Below are positions 1 to 12,374 of a DNA stretch of 64,000 bases, piece after piece. The DNA is from Lytechinus pictus. Its lineage: Eukaryota. Below the pieces are notes generated by a model, which did not search any database, was not told the DNA's origin, and worked only from the letters and a program-made list of their open reading frames with translations. The stretch covers positions 1,178,001-1,242,000 of the forward strand of contig NC_087251.1 in the NCBI RefSeq assembly GCF_037042905.1, given 5' to 3'. Position 1 is the stretch's first letter; every line of letters begins with the position of its first letter. The position numbers and the translations under genes are program-made.

Positions 1-711
1 TTAAATTTTGAATTATAATATAAATTATTTTTTCTGTTGATTGAACGCAAAAGTGCTTTAGATATCCAAGGAAGTCTTGGTGATTTTTTGTTGTTAGTTT
101 GTCTATCTCTTACTTTTGGAATATGCTTATCTAATTCACTAATAAAAATATTCAGAATGTTATTGAAGCATATGTTTGCATCATTATTGTTATAAATAGG
201 TGACCAGTCAACAGACTCTAACGAAACACCCAGTCTTGCAAGATTCTCTGGAGTAGGTCTCCGCCTTGATGGCTTGGATGGATTAATACATGAGTGCTTA
301 AGGGTAAAATGTGACATAATGGGAAAGTGATCTGTCAAATCAGATAATATTATTTCAGAATCAGGAGTCGGCATGATGTTACAAAATATGTTATCAATAA
401 GTGTTGCAGAACGATCTGCAACGTGAGTGGGTTTTGATATTAATGGCAAATATGAAGAAGTCAAAAATGTTTCAAGAAATTCATGGGCAGTATTGTTGCT
501 GTCATGCTTCAATATATCGATATTAAAATCCCCTAATATAAAAACATCTTTGTTCACCAACAATGGATATCTAACTAAGTTAGAAAGGTAAAGTAAAAAA
601 TCATTATGGTTAGAATTTGGTGGTCTATATATAACACCTATAATTATATTTTTGGAATTTGGGACATTGATTTCGATAAAAAGTGACTCTACATATTCAT
701 TCATAATAGTG
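1..711 (-). mobile_element. CR1/L2-type non-LTR retrotransposon, ORF2 apurinic-endonuclease (APE) domain fragment; appears to run off the window edge
   Basis: Manual translation of the minus strand: ESLFIEINVPNSKNIIIGVIYRPPNS...VFILGDFNIDILK...LISKPTHVADRSATLIDNIF...IILSDLTDHFPI. This contains the YRPP, GDFN, LID and SDH-type APE motifs. Confidence 0.9.
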
Positions 712-1842
712 ATTGCGGCGATATTGTGTGACGCGGAGAGAACTCCTAGCCGTCGTCACATTGTCCATCATTTTCGTCATTATCTGCTGGGACACAAGTT
801 TACCATCCGCACCGACCATTCGTCACTTAGGCGGATCATGTCTTTCCGAGAGCCGACGGATCAGATGGCCCGTTGGCTCGAGATCCTTGCCCAATTCAAT
901 TTTGTCATGGAGCATCGATCAGGAAAGAGTCACGCCAATGCCTATGCACTGTCACGAATCCAGTGCAGCCCGGAATCATGCAGCTGTTATGACTTCGAAC
1001 CTATTTTGGATGCTTTGCCGTGTGGCGGCTGTACAGCTTGCAAGAGGAAGCACCTGGCATGGTCCAGCTTCATTGACTATGAAGATGTTGTGCCACTTAT
1101 AAAAATGCGACGAGTACAAGCAACAAAATCGACCTCAACTGACACTGAAGTCCAATTTCAAGAACCCGATGAAGAGAGTAAGATGTATTGTTCAGAACTA
1201 AGACTGATGATCTGGTATGTTTTAATGATTGTACATCTTGCTCTCTCTTTCTTTTCTAAGAATATACGATCCTTCTATCATTCAGTCAAATGTGTTTGTG
1301 TAAAAATGTGTAGCAGTACTAGTTGTCAATATGTTAGGCAAGTAACCACAAGAAGAAGGGCAAGAAATACTGCAAGCTCGAATGAATCGAACAAACCAAG
1401 TAATGGAAGACCAATTCTAGATAATTTAGGGGTGACTGCATCAAGCCTGTCAACAATTCAAAGGCAAGATAAAGATATTGGTGTTGTTTGGGTTTGGATG
1501 AAAGAATCAAATGTGAGACCTAATCGTGAAAAGATACAGGACAAGAGTCCAATAATCAGAAATCTGTGGTTATTGTGAGACCAGCTTGTATTAATTGATG
1601 ATGTATTATACAAGCGGTATGATGAAGGTCCATCCAAATCACACTTGACACTCGTCACACCTAAATCATTGATAAAGTTGATTTTGGAAAACAACCACGA
1701 TAATGTGATGTCAGGCCATTTGGGCATGAAGAAATCTTTGAGTCGAATCAGACATCACTATTACTGGTATAAGATGAAAGAACAAGTTTTATCAGGCAAG
1801 AACAGGACAACAAAGTCACGTACTGTCCAAACAATGTTTTAG
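712..1842 (+). mobile_element. Decayed Ty3/Gypsy pol fragment (RNase H C-terminus, linker, integrase zinc-binding start; integrase core deleted)
   Basis: YCVTRRELLAVV, then a frameshift to FRHYLLGHKFTIRTDHSSLR...MARWLEILAQFNF..EHRSGKSHANA.ALSR. In-frame stop at 1576-1578, then HDNVMSGHLGMKKSLSRIRHHYYW. Confidence 0.9.
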
Positions 1843-3658
1843 TTGGTATTTATGAGTATATGTTTTGTGTTGAGAAAGGGCTTGATCTTTTCTTCATTTT
1901 CTTTTTCTCTTCATTTTATTCTTATCCCTTGTTTTCTTCACTGGCTAACTTTCATCGAATATATGAATTATGTTTCCTTCCTGAATCCCCCCCCCCACTG
2001 CACAACCACCTCTTCCACTGATAATCGTTAAAGATTGTTTATTATTTTGACTGAAGTGAGAATAGACACCAAAATCCTAATTTGGGTTCATATTGCTTAT
2101 AGTTTAGTAACTGTTACTTATATTATATAGAGAACAAAGAAGTGTATCGGGGAATCAAGTGATCTCAATCTAACGTTGTGTTAATTACGACACCAAGTAA
2201 TTTGATGTGTATTGACGAGGTGATGGTTGTTTGTGATTTGGGATACAATAATGATGGAAGTCGCCAATTTGATGATGCCCTGCACCTACACAAAGGTGCC
2301 TGAGCTGGTGTTTCCAGGCCGTTTGATTCAAATTGTGCTGATTTATGTATATAACTAGCAACAATAAGTGTTGACTATTAGGATTGGGTATATCCCTGCA
2401 TGTTGGTTTCTACTGTTATCTATAATATATTTCCAGTTTATGAGTTGGTTAATCTTATGACTGACCCTAACCCCCCCCTTTCTCCCGTGAACAAAAAAAC
2501 ACTTTCCTTCCCACATCTTATTTTCATTATTTTTTTTTTTTTCACCTTTTCTATCTCTATCCTTCTTACCTCCAGCCTTAATGAATGTATACATATGTAC
2601 ATGTATATAGTTTTTTTTCCTTGCTTTCTTGTTCAAAATATATTTGTTCAGGAATAATGATTTATGTTGTTACTCTGAAGATGATGTAAAAGAAATTGTT
2701 CTGAGAATGTTGTACACTCATTGACTAATTTGGGTAAATGTTGGTTCATATCTGATTCTGTCAGTTTCCTTCTCAAATTCATGTATCCGCAGTCTATCTC
2801 TGCCTTTTTTTTCTATATTGTAGTCTTTCCTATTAGATCTAGAACTTACTCATGAAATACATATCAATTATATTCACCTTTCTTTGATTTCAGCTTCAAG
2901 ATAAAATGTTCTATTAGTTAAACAGTTGTTTTTATCAATGATTATAAAAAGTTTTATTTATTCATTTTTTGTTTTTCACTCTCTTCTGTTCTGGGTAGAA
3001 GTATATTGGTATGCATATTACGTAAGCAGTACAAGCACTGATTTCATAATTTACATTATTATTTGTCTTAAGTGTTGTTGTAATCATATTGGGTGTTTGG
3101 TTTTGATAGTTATGTAAATGCTTTTGTTGATGTTGTGGTTTTAATTCGATAGGTGAATTAATCCTCAGCTACATTCAATGCCTTTTATTAATTGAAATAA
3201 ATTCAGCAACCTCTTTTCCATAGTCTTGAGTATTGAACAATACTTCTTATAACATAAATACTTGTGATATTTGATTTGGTATTTCATTAGTTTATCACTT
3301 AAATACTCAATATCCAATGCAATGTATCAACCATCAATCATCTGTATATATGATAAGTTCCTAATTATTTTGTATTGGGTTTTGTCATTACTCGCATCTA
3401 AGGACATTGTATCTTAATTTACTATCTTTGTACATTCACATTTCCCTTTATCTTTTCTTTTTTCTTTCTCACGCTTTCAAACTGCTGTAAAAACTATATT
3501 ATAAGATGTGTGTATTGTTGTTACTGTTATTGTTTCAAACCTATACTACATAACATGTATATATAGCTATTGTTTTGGGGGTTTTTTTTTGGTTTTTATT
3601 TTTGGAATGCCACTATGTTTGTATTGAGGGCAATACATTTTTATTGGAGGGGGAGCAG

Positions 3659-4234
3659 TGTTATGGCCCAGAGTTTGTGTTTCATGACTTAGTTATTAAG
3701 CAGCTGTTATTCGCCCCATCTTATTGAAGTGTAAAGTCTGTTTGTTATTCCCAAGGGGTTTTAGTTCATGTAATATTATTAATGTTAGTAATATGGGAAT
3801 GACCACTGAGTCAATGCTCCCTTCCTGCTTAACAGGTTTACTCCAGCATTTGTTTGCATTTCCCATGGACTGTTCAGTTGTCTCCTCTCTTTCATGTATT
3901 CTGCTCTTTTGTACACTCCATGTGATTATCCTTTGTTTACTACTTAATTCTTGTTAAGCTTTCTGTTTTCAAGGGATTGCAATTGGGTGTATTGTTCCTT
4001 ATATAAACTGTTACAATTGTAGTCCCTGTGAGATCAGATCTGCTGGTACATGTAGGTTCAATACTAGATGATGGTGATTTGGACATATTGAGTGAGTCTT
4101 GATTTTGAAGTGAACAGGAGAACATCTTAACTTGTACCACGCTACCCTCGTAAAATAAAGCAGATGAAATCGTGAACTATATTGTGAAGAGTCTTTTGTG
4201 CGTCAAAACAAGTTAACCCAAAGAAAACGTAACA
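3659..4234 (+). mobile_element. Long terminal repeat (probably the 3' LTR of the Gypsy element at 712-1842)
   Basis: Begins TGTTA and ends TAACA (TG...CA inverted termini). Immediately preceded by the polypurine tract GGAGGGGGAGCAG, with an AATAAA near 4154. Confidence 0.7.
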
Positions 4235-4240
4235 ACACCT

Positions 4241-4615
4241 ATGTAAACGATTGCAAAGTGATGAATGGTATGCCATTCAAATAATACAATAGCTCTGATC
4301 AGCCTCTCGCATCGATTGTGTTGGTATGACTAACACACCGTAATGTACAGTATAGAATGTGCATGGTAATAGAAATGTATCTGATTCAGAAGGATGTAAA
4401 GGGAAAAAGGGTGTTTCTAGCTGTTACATCATAAAGAAATTTATTTATTGAAGTCTTTTGGAAACATTTATAAGATACACTAGCACTGCAGGTAATAGAG
4501 ATGAAGTTCTGACATATCAATACATAACTGAAAGGAACATGTCAAAGCTACCCCCACCTTATCTGTATTTTGAATCTATGGCCTGTATTCCAAAATCAGG
4601 TTTATTTTCCAACAC
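4241..4615 (+). repeat. Left arm of a ~375-bp imperfect inverted duplication (partner 8427-8805)
   Basis: AACGATTGCAAAGTGATGAATGGTATG...GGCCTGTATTCC.AAATCAGGTTTAT is the reverse complement of 8427-8805 throughout, with scattered mismatches. Confidence 0.9.
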
Positions 4616-4889
4616 GTTCTAACTCTTTTCTAAATTTATGAAGAGCCAATACTCTGTTTATTGTATATCTCTTATGTTTACAACTCTGTTCCGTTTGCTT
4701 TCATAATGAAGGAAAAAAACCTCAATTATCATTCTCAGACAACTATGAACCATTTGGGGGTCAATATTAATGGAATTTGCTCTCCACAGTAAAAATCATT
4801 GGGGGTAATTCTGTCGTCAGTCAAAAAGTGATCATAGTTGAAAACCATAACGTAGTTCAGATGACCAAAGATCTTACATGGTATGTGAT

Positions 4890-7345
4890 GGTCGTTTACC
4901 AAAACAAAAGAAATCACGATCAAAATCAAAACGTCGAAAGAACTAACCAATCAGCGAAATGGACACAGCACACGATACTATCACAGATCCTGATCATTAT
5001 CAGTCTAAAGGCAGTCTATCCAACTTTGCATAATTTGACATAATACATACCAATGGACCACACACAGTTGTAAATTCAGAAGGCACAGTAGCATTTGCTA
5101 ACATTTACATATGCCCACAGAGCCGGTCAACATAAGCTCTACCTAAGAGTTGACTCAAGTGCAAGTACTAACACTATCATAGTCCGTACGCCAAGGAAAT
5201 ATAAAGTTCAAAGTGGGAATCATTAGTGAAACAAACACCTGTAAAACTTGAAGCTTATGGTGAGATTCCAATTAAATGTAAAGGTACACTAATTTGACAT
5301 AAAATGTTACAGTCCAAAATGGTCAACATAGACATTCTATGTACCAGATGTCAAGGTTTCAGCTATCCTTGGGTTGTTAGGTTGCACTGACCTTGGAATT
5401 ATCACAATTTACTCAATGTACAATTATGACACACCAACACCTAACCCTAAACCTGAACAAATACTTATCACAAGTGATGAGGATCTCGAACAAGCATTTC
5501 CAGAGCAGTTCGATGCTATTGGTAGTTTCAAAGGAAAAATCGATGCTTCATGTCAAGGACATCGCTAAACCTACCATAGACGCACCACGCAAGTGCAGCA
5601 CATTAATTGAAGGACAAGATCAACGTGGAGGAACACGACAAGAATCGGTACTTGTTCATGGAGACGGCAAAGCAAGAAGGCTCAGTGTTCAACAGCTCCA
5701 AGTGCACAATCAAGAAAGAAGCTATCAACTTCTTTGGCTTTAAGTGCACTAGATCAGATATCTACTCAGATCCTAGCAAGGTAGAAGCCAACACATTACC
5801 CAAGTACTATTACCCAAGGACGAAGAGGATGATGTTCAGAAATGCCTAATATTGTTCAAATACCTAGCAGCATATATTTCTAATTTGTGGGAAAAGTCAG
5901 CACCACTTCGATAACTTCTCCACAAGGAAGTACCGTTCATCTGGGACGATGATCATGAACATTCCTAGAACAGCCTGAACTGTGCAGTATCATCAGGTGC
6001 ATGCCTACAGTTCTATGACCCAGAGAGAGAGGCCTGTCGAGATGGATACATCAATGAAAGATCTAGGAGCATGCCTTGCTTCAGGATGGTAACCTGCTGC
6101 GTTTGCATCCAAAGTCTTTCCACTGCACAGTCCAACTACTCAAACATAGAGGGAAATCTTAGTCCTAATGTTTGGTATCAAACGCTTCTATAATATCAGT
6201 TCGAGAAGGAATTCACAGTCATAATCAATCACAGACCACTGGAAATTATATGGAAAAAACTCTTACAAGTGCACTGCCGCATCTACAGCGATCGCTTATA
6301 ATCAAAGTCCAAGGAAACAGGTTTCAAGTCAATTACCGACCTGGAAACAACATGATTATTTCCGATTCATTGAGTTGACTTTGTAATCCCAAGGAAGCAT
6401 GCGATGTACCGTTAGGTGTCAGAGTTAAATCCATCTGCTCTTAGGAAAAAGATTCGCATATGCGATCGACTTATTACTCTTCGGAAAACAAAAGAGGACA
6501 GAACTTCAGAGAGAAACAGCTAATGATCAAATACCTAGATAATTATGGCAGATAGTTCCTAAGAGTTGGCCTGAAACAATCCAAGAGTTATTGAAATCCC
6601 TTATGCAGTATTGGTCGTATAGAGATAACATCGGATTATCACATGGAATACTCTTCACGGGAAGTCAAGTCATCGTACCGAAGTCACTGAGGAATGATAT
6701 CCTTCGACAGCTTCACCTAGGACACATGGGAATCGAAAGTACCAGCTGATTTGCTCGTGAGACAGTGTTCTTGTCAAACATCAACGAGGACATCGACCAG
6801 TTGATAAAGCAGAGTGAAACATGCCAGAAACATCAAGCAAGGCAGCAGAAAAAAAAGAAGTGGAATATCAAGCACATTACTTCTTCTCCACACTATCCAA
6901 GATCAAACGGATTAGCTCAGAGGATGGTTCGTACAGTCAAGAATCTGTTGACAAAATGTTCTCAGACTGGCCAAGACAGTCAACTAGCAATGATGAACCT
7001 GAGAGCAACACCAGTCGAAAGTTACTTTAGATTACCAGCAGAAATGTTATTTGGTAGACCCATCAGAACCACATTATCAAGTCACTATTTCTCGAGAGAT
7101 TCTACTGCCACTGATTTTCTCTTGAATAGGCAAGGCAAGGTGAAGGAAGTGCATTATCGACATGCAAGTTCTGATCTACCACCTCTGCATGTAGGACAGC
7201 CAGTGAGAGTTATACATCCAAGATAACACACTTGGATACCAGCTAAAGCATCCGAAGTCTGTGAGGAACCAAGGTCTTACGAAGTATCAAAGCCAAACGG
7301 AGGAATCTTGAGAAGGAACGGATCACACGTGAGGGAAATTCCATC
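4890..7345 (+). mobile_element. Decayed Ty3/Gypsy gag-pol relic (protease, partial RT, RNase H, integrase) with many frameshifts and deletions
   Basis: Protease-like LYLRVDSSASTNT; RT C-terminal EEHDKN...FNSSKC...INFFG...DPSKVEA; RNase H ...QVNYRPGNNMIISDSLS; integrase LHLGHMG and WNIKHITSSPHYPRSNGLAQRMVRTVKNLL...LRATP...PAEMLFGRPIRT. Confidence 0.9.
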
Positions 7346-8182
7346 CACCATCCCCACTCCAAAGCAGGAATCGAAATTAGCGGTCGCCCGGGTGACGTTG
7401 GCAACCAAAACTGCCATCATGGTTGCCCGGATGGCAACCAAGAAAATTCCATGGTTTTTTTTCTCAAAGAGAATAAAATTCTGACTCTTGAATTTTGCAG
7501 CACGCAAAATTGCTTTTCCAGTCCAAAGTTTACAACTTCTGGATCAGGAATATATCTTTCAAGATCACATTGGCACAACGTTTTAGCTCAAAAAGATCGC
7601 CCAAATGTAGCACATGAGCCTGCCAATGACTTCTAAGATTGACTGCCTGTTTGTCAAAGTCCTCCTTAAGAACCATAAAGCTTGCATTTTGACATGATAT
7701 AAGTTAATTGTTGGAAGTTGTAAAATGCAATTTACAGCAGGCCTTTTCCGTGGTACTGATTCGTCACCACATTTTCTACTTTTGAAAATATTAAATAGAT
7801 TAATAACACAGCCATACACATCTCAATGTTCCAAAATGCCTTCAACTTCTTTACATTGGTCAACAGAAAGAGGTTTTTGTCATTTTTGGCACTTTAATGA
7901 ATCAGAATTGTTTTATTTAAATTGTAAAGAATAAAGATAACCCACTCAATTAATTTCTCATACTCAGAATACCCTCAAAATATTTGTAAAAGTTCTTTTG
8001 TCAGAATCCAAGATGGCCGTCAAAGTGCCGGCCAAGGGACAATATTCAAGTTTTCAGAACATCAAAATAAATTCATTCAGTATACGACTCCAGGATTGAA
8101 AAGGTGAAGGTTAGAAAAACTTATCAATGTGGTGAAAAGGGGTGGTAAAGATAATGACAATATAGTAATTTAAGTCTGTAAA

Positions 8183-9556
8183 ATGCAGTAAAAAAATCAA
8201 TTTCTTAATAATTGTATATTAGGAAAGTTTTCTAGAAAGTTTCAAGGGAATTCCTTTATTTTTCTTAGATATATGGTAAATCAAGTATTTTGCAAATTTT
8301 CATTTTTGGGGAAAACAGTTTCAAAATGCACTTTTCTTATTAAGATCAGCCGAATTACCTTTTCATCACCTATGAATAATACCAACTTGTAGAAAATTTA
8401 TTCATATTTCATATGACACTAATTTTGTGTTCGAAGATAAACCTGATTTAGGAATACAGGCCATATATTCAAAATACAGATAAAGTGGGGGTAGCTTCGA
8501 CATATTCCTTTGAGCTGTGTATTGATGTGTAAGAACTTCATCTCTATTACCTGCAGTGCTAGTGTTATGTGTATCTTATAACTGTTTCCAAGAGACAATA
8601 TTTAATAAATTTCTTTATAATGTAACAGAAACACATTTTTTTGTCTTTGCATCCTTCTGAATCAGATACATTTCTATTACCATGCACATTACATACTGGA
8701 CATTACGGTGTGTTAGTCATACCTACATAATCGATGCGAGAGGCTGATCCAAGCTATTGTATTATTTGAATGACATACCATTCATCACTTTGCAATCGTT
8801 TTCATGGATGTGACTGCCACAATAAGGTTGTTTTTGGCCTGACTTTAGCGCAAAATCGCTTAATACATTCAGCATATTTTCCTTCTATTTGAAGCAAATG
8901 AAGATACTTATGGTGGCATGAAGCCTGCCAATATTCTCGTTGATACATCCTCTTTCATATCGAATGTTGAGATTGTGCATTTATTACTGATATTCATAAT
9001 AAATCTGATCAATAACAGTGCATATGCAATTTTTTTTACCAAAAACATACTAATTTTAGCCAAAAGTCTTAATTCTTTTAAAAACTATATCAACCGACTT
9101 GAAATCGAAGAATAAAGGGATTGTAGTAAATTCTACCAACAAAATAATAGATAATTTCGCATTTTATTAAGGCCTATTTCCATTTTCTGGGTTGAAAATG
9201 TGACAATATACATTATAGTGTATCTCCGATATGCAGTAAAAAAGCAAAATTTCTGAAAATTGAATTTTCAAGTTTGAGACATAATAAGTTTGTGACTAAA
9301 AACGACATCGATTTTGAATTTCGTCCACTTAATAATTGTATATTAGGAAAGTTTTCTAGAAATTTTCGGGACGATTCCTTTATTTTCTTTAGATTTATGG
9401 TAAATCATGTATTTCGCAATTTTTCAATTTTTGGGAAAAAAATCTCAAAATTGTGCTTTTCTTATTAAAATCTCAACTGAATTACCATTTCATCACCCCT
9501 GAAAAGTATCAACTTGTAGAAAATTTATTTATCTTTCATATGACACTAATTTTGTG
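8183..9556 (+). repeat. Dispersed direct duplication of ~250 bp (8183-8429 and 9231-9556)
   Basis: Both copies share CTTAATAATTGTATATTAGGAAAGTTTTCTAGAAA...CAACTTGTAGAAAATTTATT...TCATATGACACTAATTTTGTG. Confidence 0.85.
8427..8805 (-). repeat. Right arm of the inverted duplication (partner 4241-4615)
   Basis: Reverse complement of 4241-4615. Confidence 0.9.
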
Positions 9557-11453
9557 GCAAATGAATGTTTGTGTCGGAATCTATGTACGAAAATCCAACT
9601 CCCATGAATATGGCGGCCATTTTGGACGCCATCTTGAATTTGAACCCCATGGGACAATATTTCGTTTTGGGAACATCAAAATTCATTCACTACACATCTT
9701 ACGGATTAAAAAAATGTAGGTTAAAAAAATATATCATTCGGGTGCATGGGAACCCTATCTCTCTCCCCTACTACTGAAGCATTTCCAAAAACAAGCAATA
9801 AAGTAAAGAGCGCGAGATTGATGATAGGATCACTAGTGTAGTGTTCCTATGGACATTGCTCGGCCTTGGTTGACTATGTCACACAAACCGAGCAATGCCC
9901 ATACCTACTGGAATCAGGTGTACATATTAAGCAATTTACCTCCATACATTCTGAGAAAAAACAGTCAAAAATGGTAAATGTATGGATAACAAATTCATGC
10001 AACATACATAGCATTGAGTGCTTTAAAATAAAAAGTGAATCGCTCAACCAAAGGAACCGTAGACAATGCCCATGCCAACTAGGGTCTGGTTTTCAATTTC
10101 ACATTGATATTTAACAAATTACATCAATGCATGCTCATATATAAAAAGGCGTAATTATGCTATAAATATGAACAACATAAAGGCATGCAAAGAATAAATG
10201 CATACAAGTGAAAACATATATCAAAGCATCATGCACTGGATAACAGGAGTATCACCCAATCGAGGCAATGCCCAAAATTATACCAACAAGGGTCAACAAG
10301 GGTCATGTTTAAACAGATTACATCTATTCATGCTTAGTAAAAGCGATAATGATGTCATTATGAATATGAACAAAGTAAAGTCATGTGAATAAGATATTAT
10401 ATTCGTTTAGTTTGGCGATGGATCATTCAATGTTGAAATAGTATAAAACACGTGGGAAATTACTTAACAAATAGTTCCGAAAACCTGCATTAATGCATTA
10501 TAAAATACTTTCCGTTTTATGGTCTAAATATTAATATTTTCAGCTCACGCTGCTCGGTCGCATTATTTGATTTGCATAGGCCTACTTCTTTATAAATTCT
10601 TACAAACCGTCCTTAAAATGCATCTTAAATGAATTGTATACTATCATGATTGCCAATTTGTATAGAAAGTACACTGTATTTGATTATGTCATATTGTTTA
10701 CAATTTAGTAAATTTGGTACTTAATTTCCTTCTTAAATGTTTAATTGCTTTCACCCAAGAATAATACACACAAAAACACCTTGTAATTTACAAGGTTTTC
10801 TTGTGTGTATTATCTTTGCATAAAGTTTTTTAGCTTACTGTATTAAGTTATAAAGCCACATCTTAATCTGGAATGTGCACCAATTGTTTCATAATTCTTA
10901 GCTTCTTGTTAGTTGAACTGTTTTAAAATAACAGATTTAATTGGTCTACTTGACAGTGTTTTAGTTGCGTTATCTACTTTCAATATTTCTACCTATGAAG
11001 GTGTCTTGTTTACGTTTTATCTATTTGCCTGATTTCTTTCCTGAAATTAAACCCAAAATAAATATTTAAAATAATCAGATCCGTTGGAATCAGAGATATT
11101 CAGCATTTGTGATTATTATGACTAATCGTGTTCAATTGTTCTATGAAAACTTAGAATGAGGGCCAGTTTACAAATTTTCTGATGTATATATGCATAGCCA
11201 AACGGGAGGTTTCGGGTGCAAGCCCCCCCCCCCCATTTTTCATGATTCAGAAGGCGCCGCTAAACAAAAACAAAAAAGGAAAAAAGAAGAAAGTGAGAAA
11301 ACAGGAGAAAGAGCAATATAAAAGAGAAAGAAAAAGTTATTAACTTAAGATAAAGTAGAAAATATTTCGGAAACCTGTGCCACCGACCAAAACTTACAAT
11401 GGGTCCCGCTTAATTCTAACATTGATGCTGGAGAGAAGGGGGGATTTTCTGAA

Positions 11454-12374
11454 GGTAATTGTCCTGGGGTAGTTGTCCGGGGGGAAGTTATCCGGGGGGT
11501 AGTTGTCCGGGGGGTAATTGTCCGGGGGGTAATTGTCCGGGGAATAATTGTCCGGGGGGGTAGTTGTCCGGGGGGTAATTGTCCGGGGGGTAGTTGTCCG
11601 GGGGGTAGTTGTCCGGGGGGTAGTTGTCCGGGGTGTAATTGTCCGGGGTGTAATTGTCCGAGGGGTAATTGTCCTCGGGGGGTAGTTGTCCTCGGGGTGT
11701 AATTGTCCGGGGTGTAATTGTCCGGGGTGTAATTGTCTGGGGGGTAATTGTCCGGGGGGTAGTTGTCCGGGGTGTAATTGTCCGGGGTGTAATTGTCCGG
11801 GGGGTAATTGTCCTCGGGGTGTAATTGTCCGGGGGGTAATTGTCCGGGGGGTAATTGTCCGGGGGGTAGTTGTCCGGGGGGTAATTGTCCGGGGGGTAGT
11901 TGTCCGGGGTGTAATTGTCCGGGGTGTAATTGTCCGGGGGGTAATTGTCCGGGGGGTAGTTGTCCGGGGTGTAATTGTCCGGGGTGTAATTGTCCGGGGG
12001 GTAATTGTCCTCGGGGTGTAATTGTCCGGGGGGTAATTGTCCTCGGGGGGTAGTTGTCCTCGGGGGGTAATTGTCCGGGGGGTAATTGTCCGGGGGGTAA
12101 TTGTCCGGGGGGTAGTTGTCCAGGGGGTAGTTGTCCGGGGTGTAATTGTCCGGGGTGTAATTGTCCGGGGGGTAGTTGTCCGGGGGGTAGTTGTCCGGGG
12201 TGTAATTGTCCGGGGTGTAATTGTCCGGGGGGTAATTGTCCTTGGGGGGTAGTTGTCCTCGGGGGGTAATTGTCTGGGGGGTAATTGTCCGGGGGGTAAT
12301 TGTCCTCGGGGGGTAATTGTCCGGGGGGTAGTTGTCCGGGGGGTGATTGTCCAGGGGGTAGTTGTCCTAGAACC
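11454..12374 (+). repeat. G-rich 15-bp minisatellite (GGGGGGTAATTGTCC / GGGGTGTAATTGTCC / GGGGGGTAGTTGTCC), roughly 60 units, ending in a GTCCTAGAACC terminus; probably the subterminal array of a MULE/foldback-type transposon
   Basis: The tandem units are directly visible. The overlapping GGNCP/GVIVR ORFs are translations of this repeat. Confidence 0.9.

Larger units (their letters stand above)
7490..9773 (-). mobile_element. Possible Academ-like DNA transposon relic (terminus plus degraded transposase C-terminal fragments)
   Basis: The minus-strand terminus reads TAGTAGGGGAGAGAG and has subterminal GGCGGCCATTTT/GCCATCTTG motifs. Minus-strand frames at ~7530-7830 give fragments (YGC.., CKLYG, HVLHL..., IPDPE) loosely resembling Academ XPG-type transposase motifs. 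The assignment is tentative. Confidence 0.35.

Noticed and set aside
2140..2250. Minus-strand IKLLGVVINTTLD resembling a LINE RT C-terminal motif
   Set aside because: Too short, and the flanking frames do not extend the similarity.
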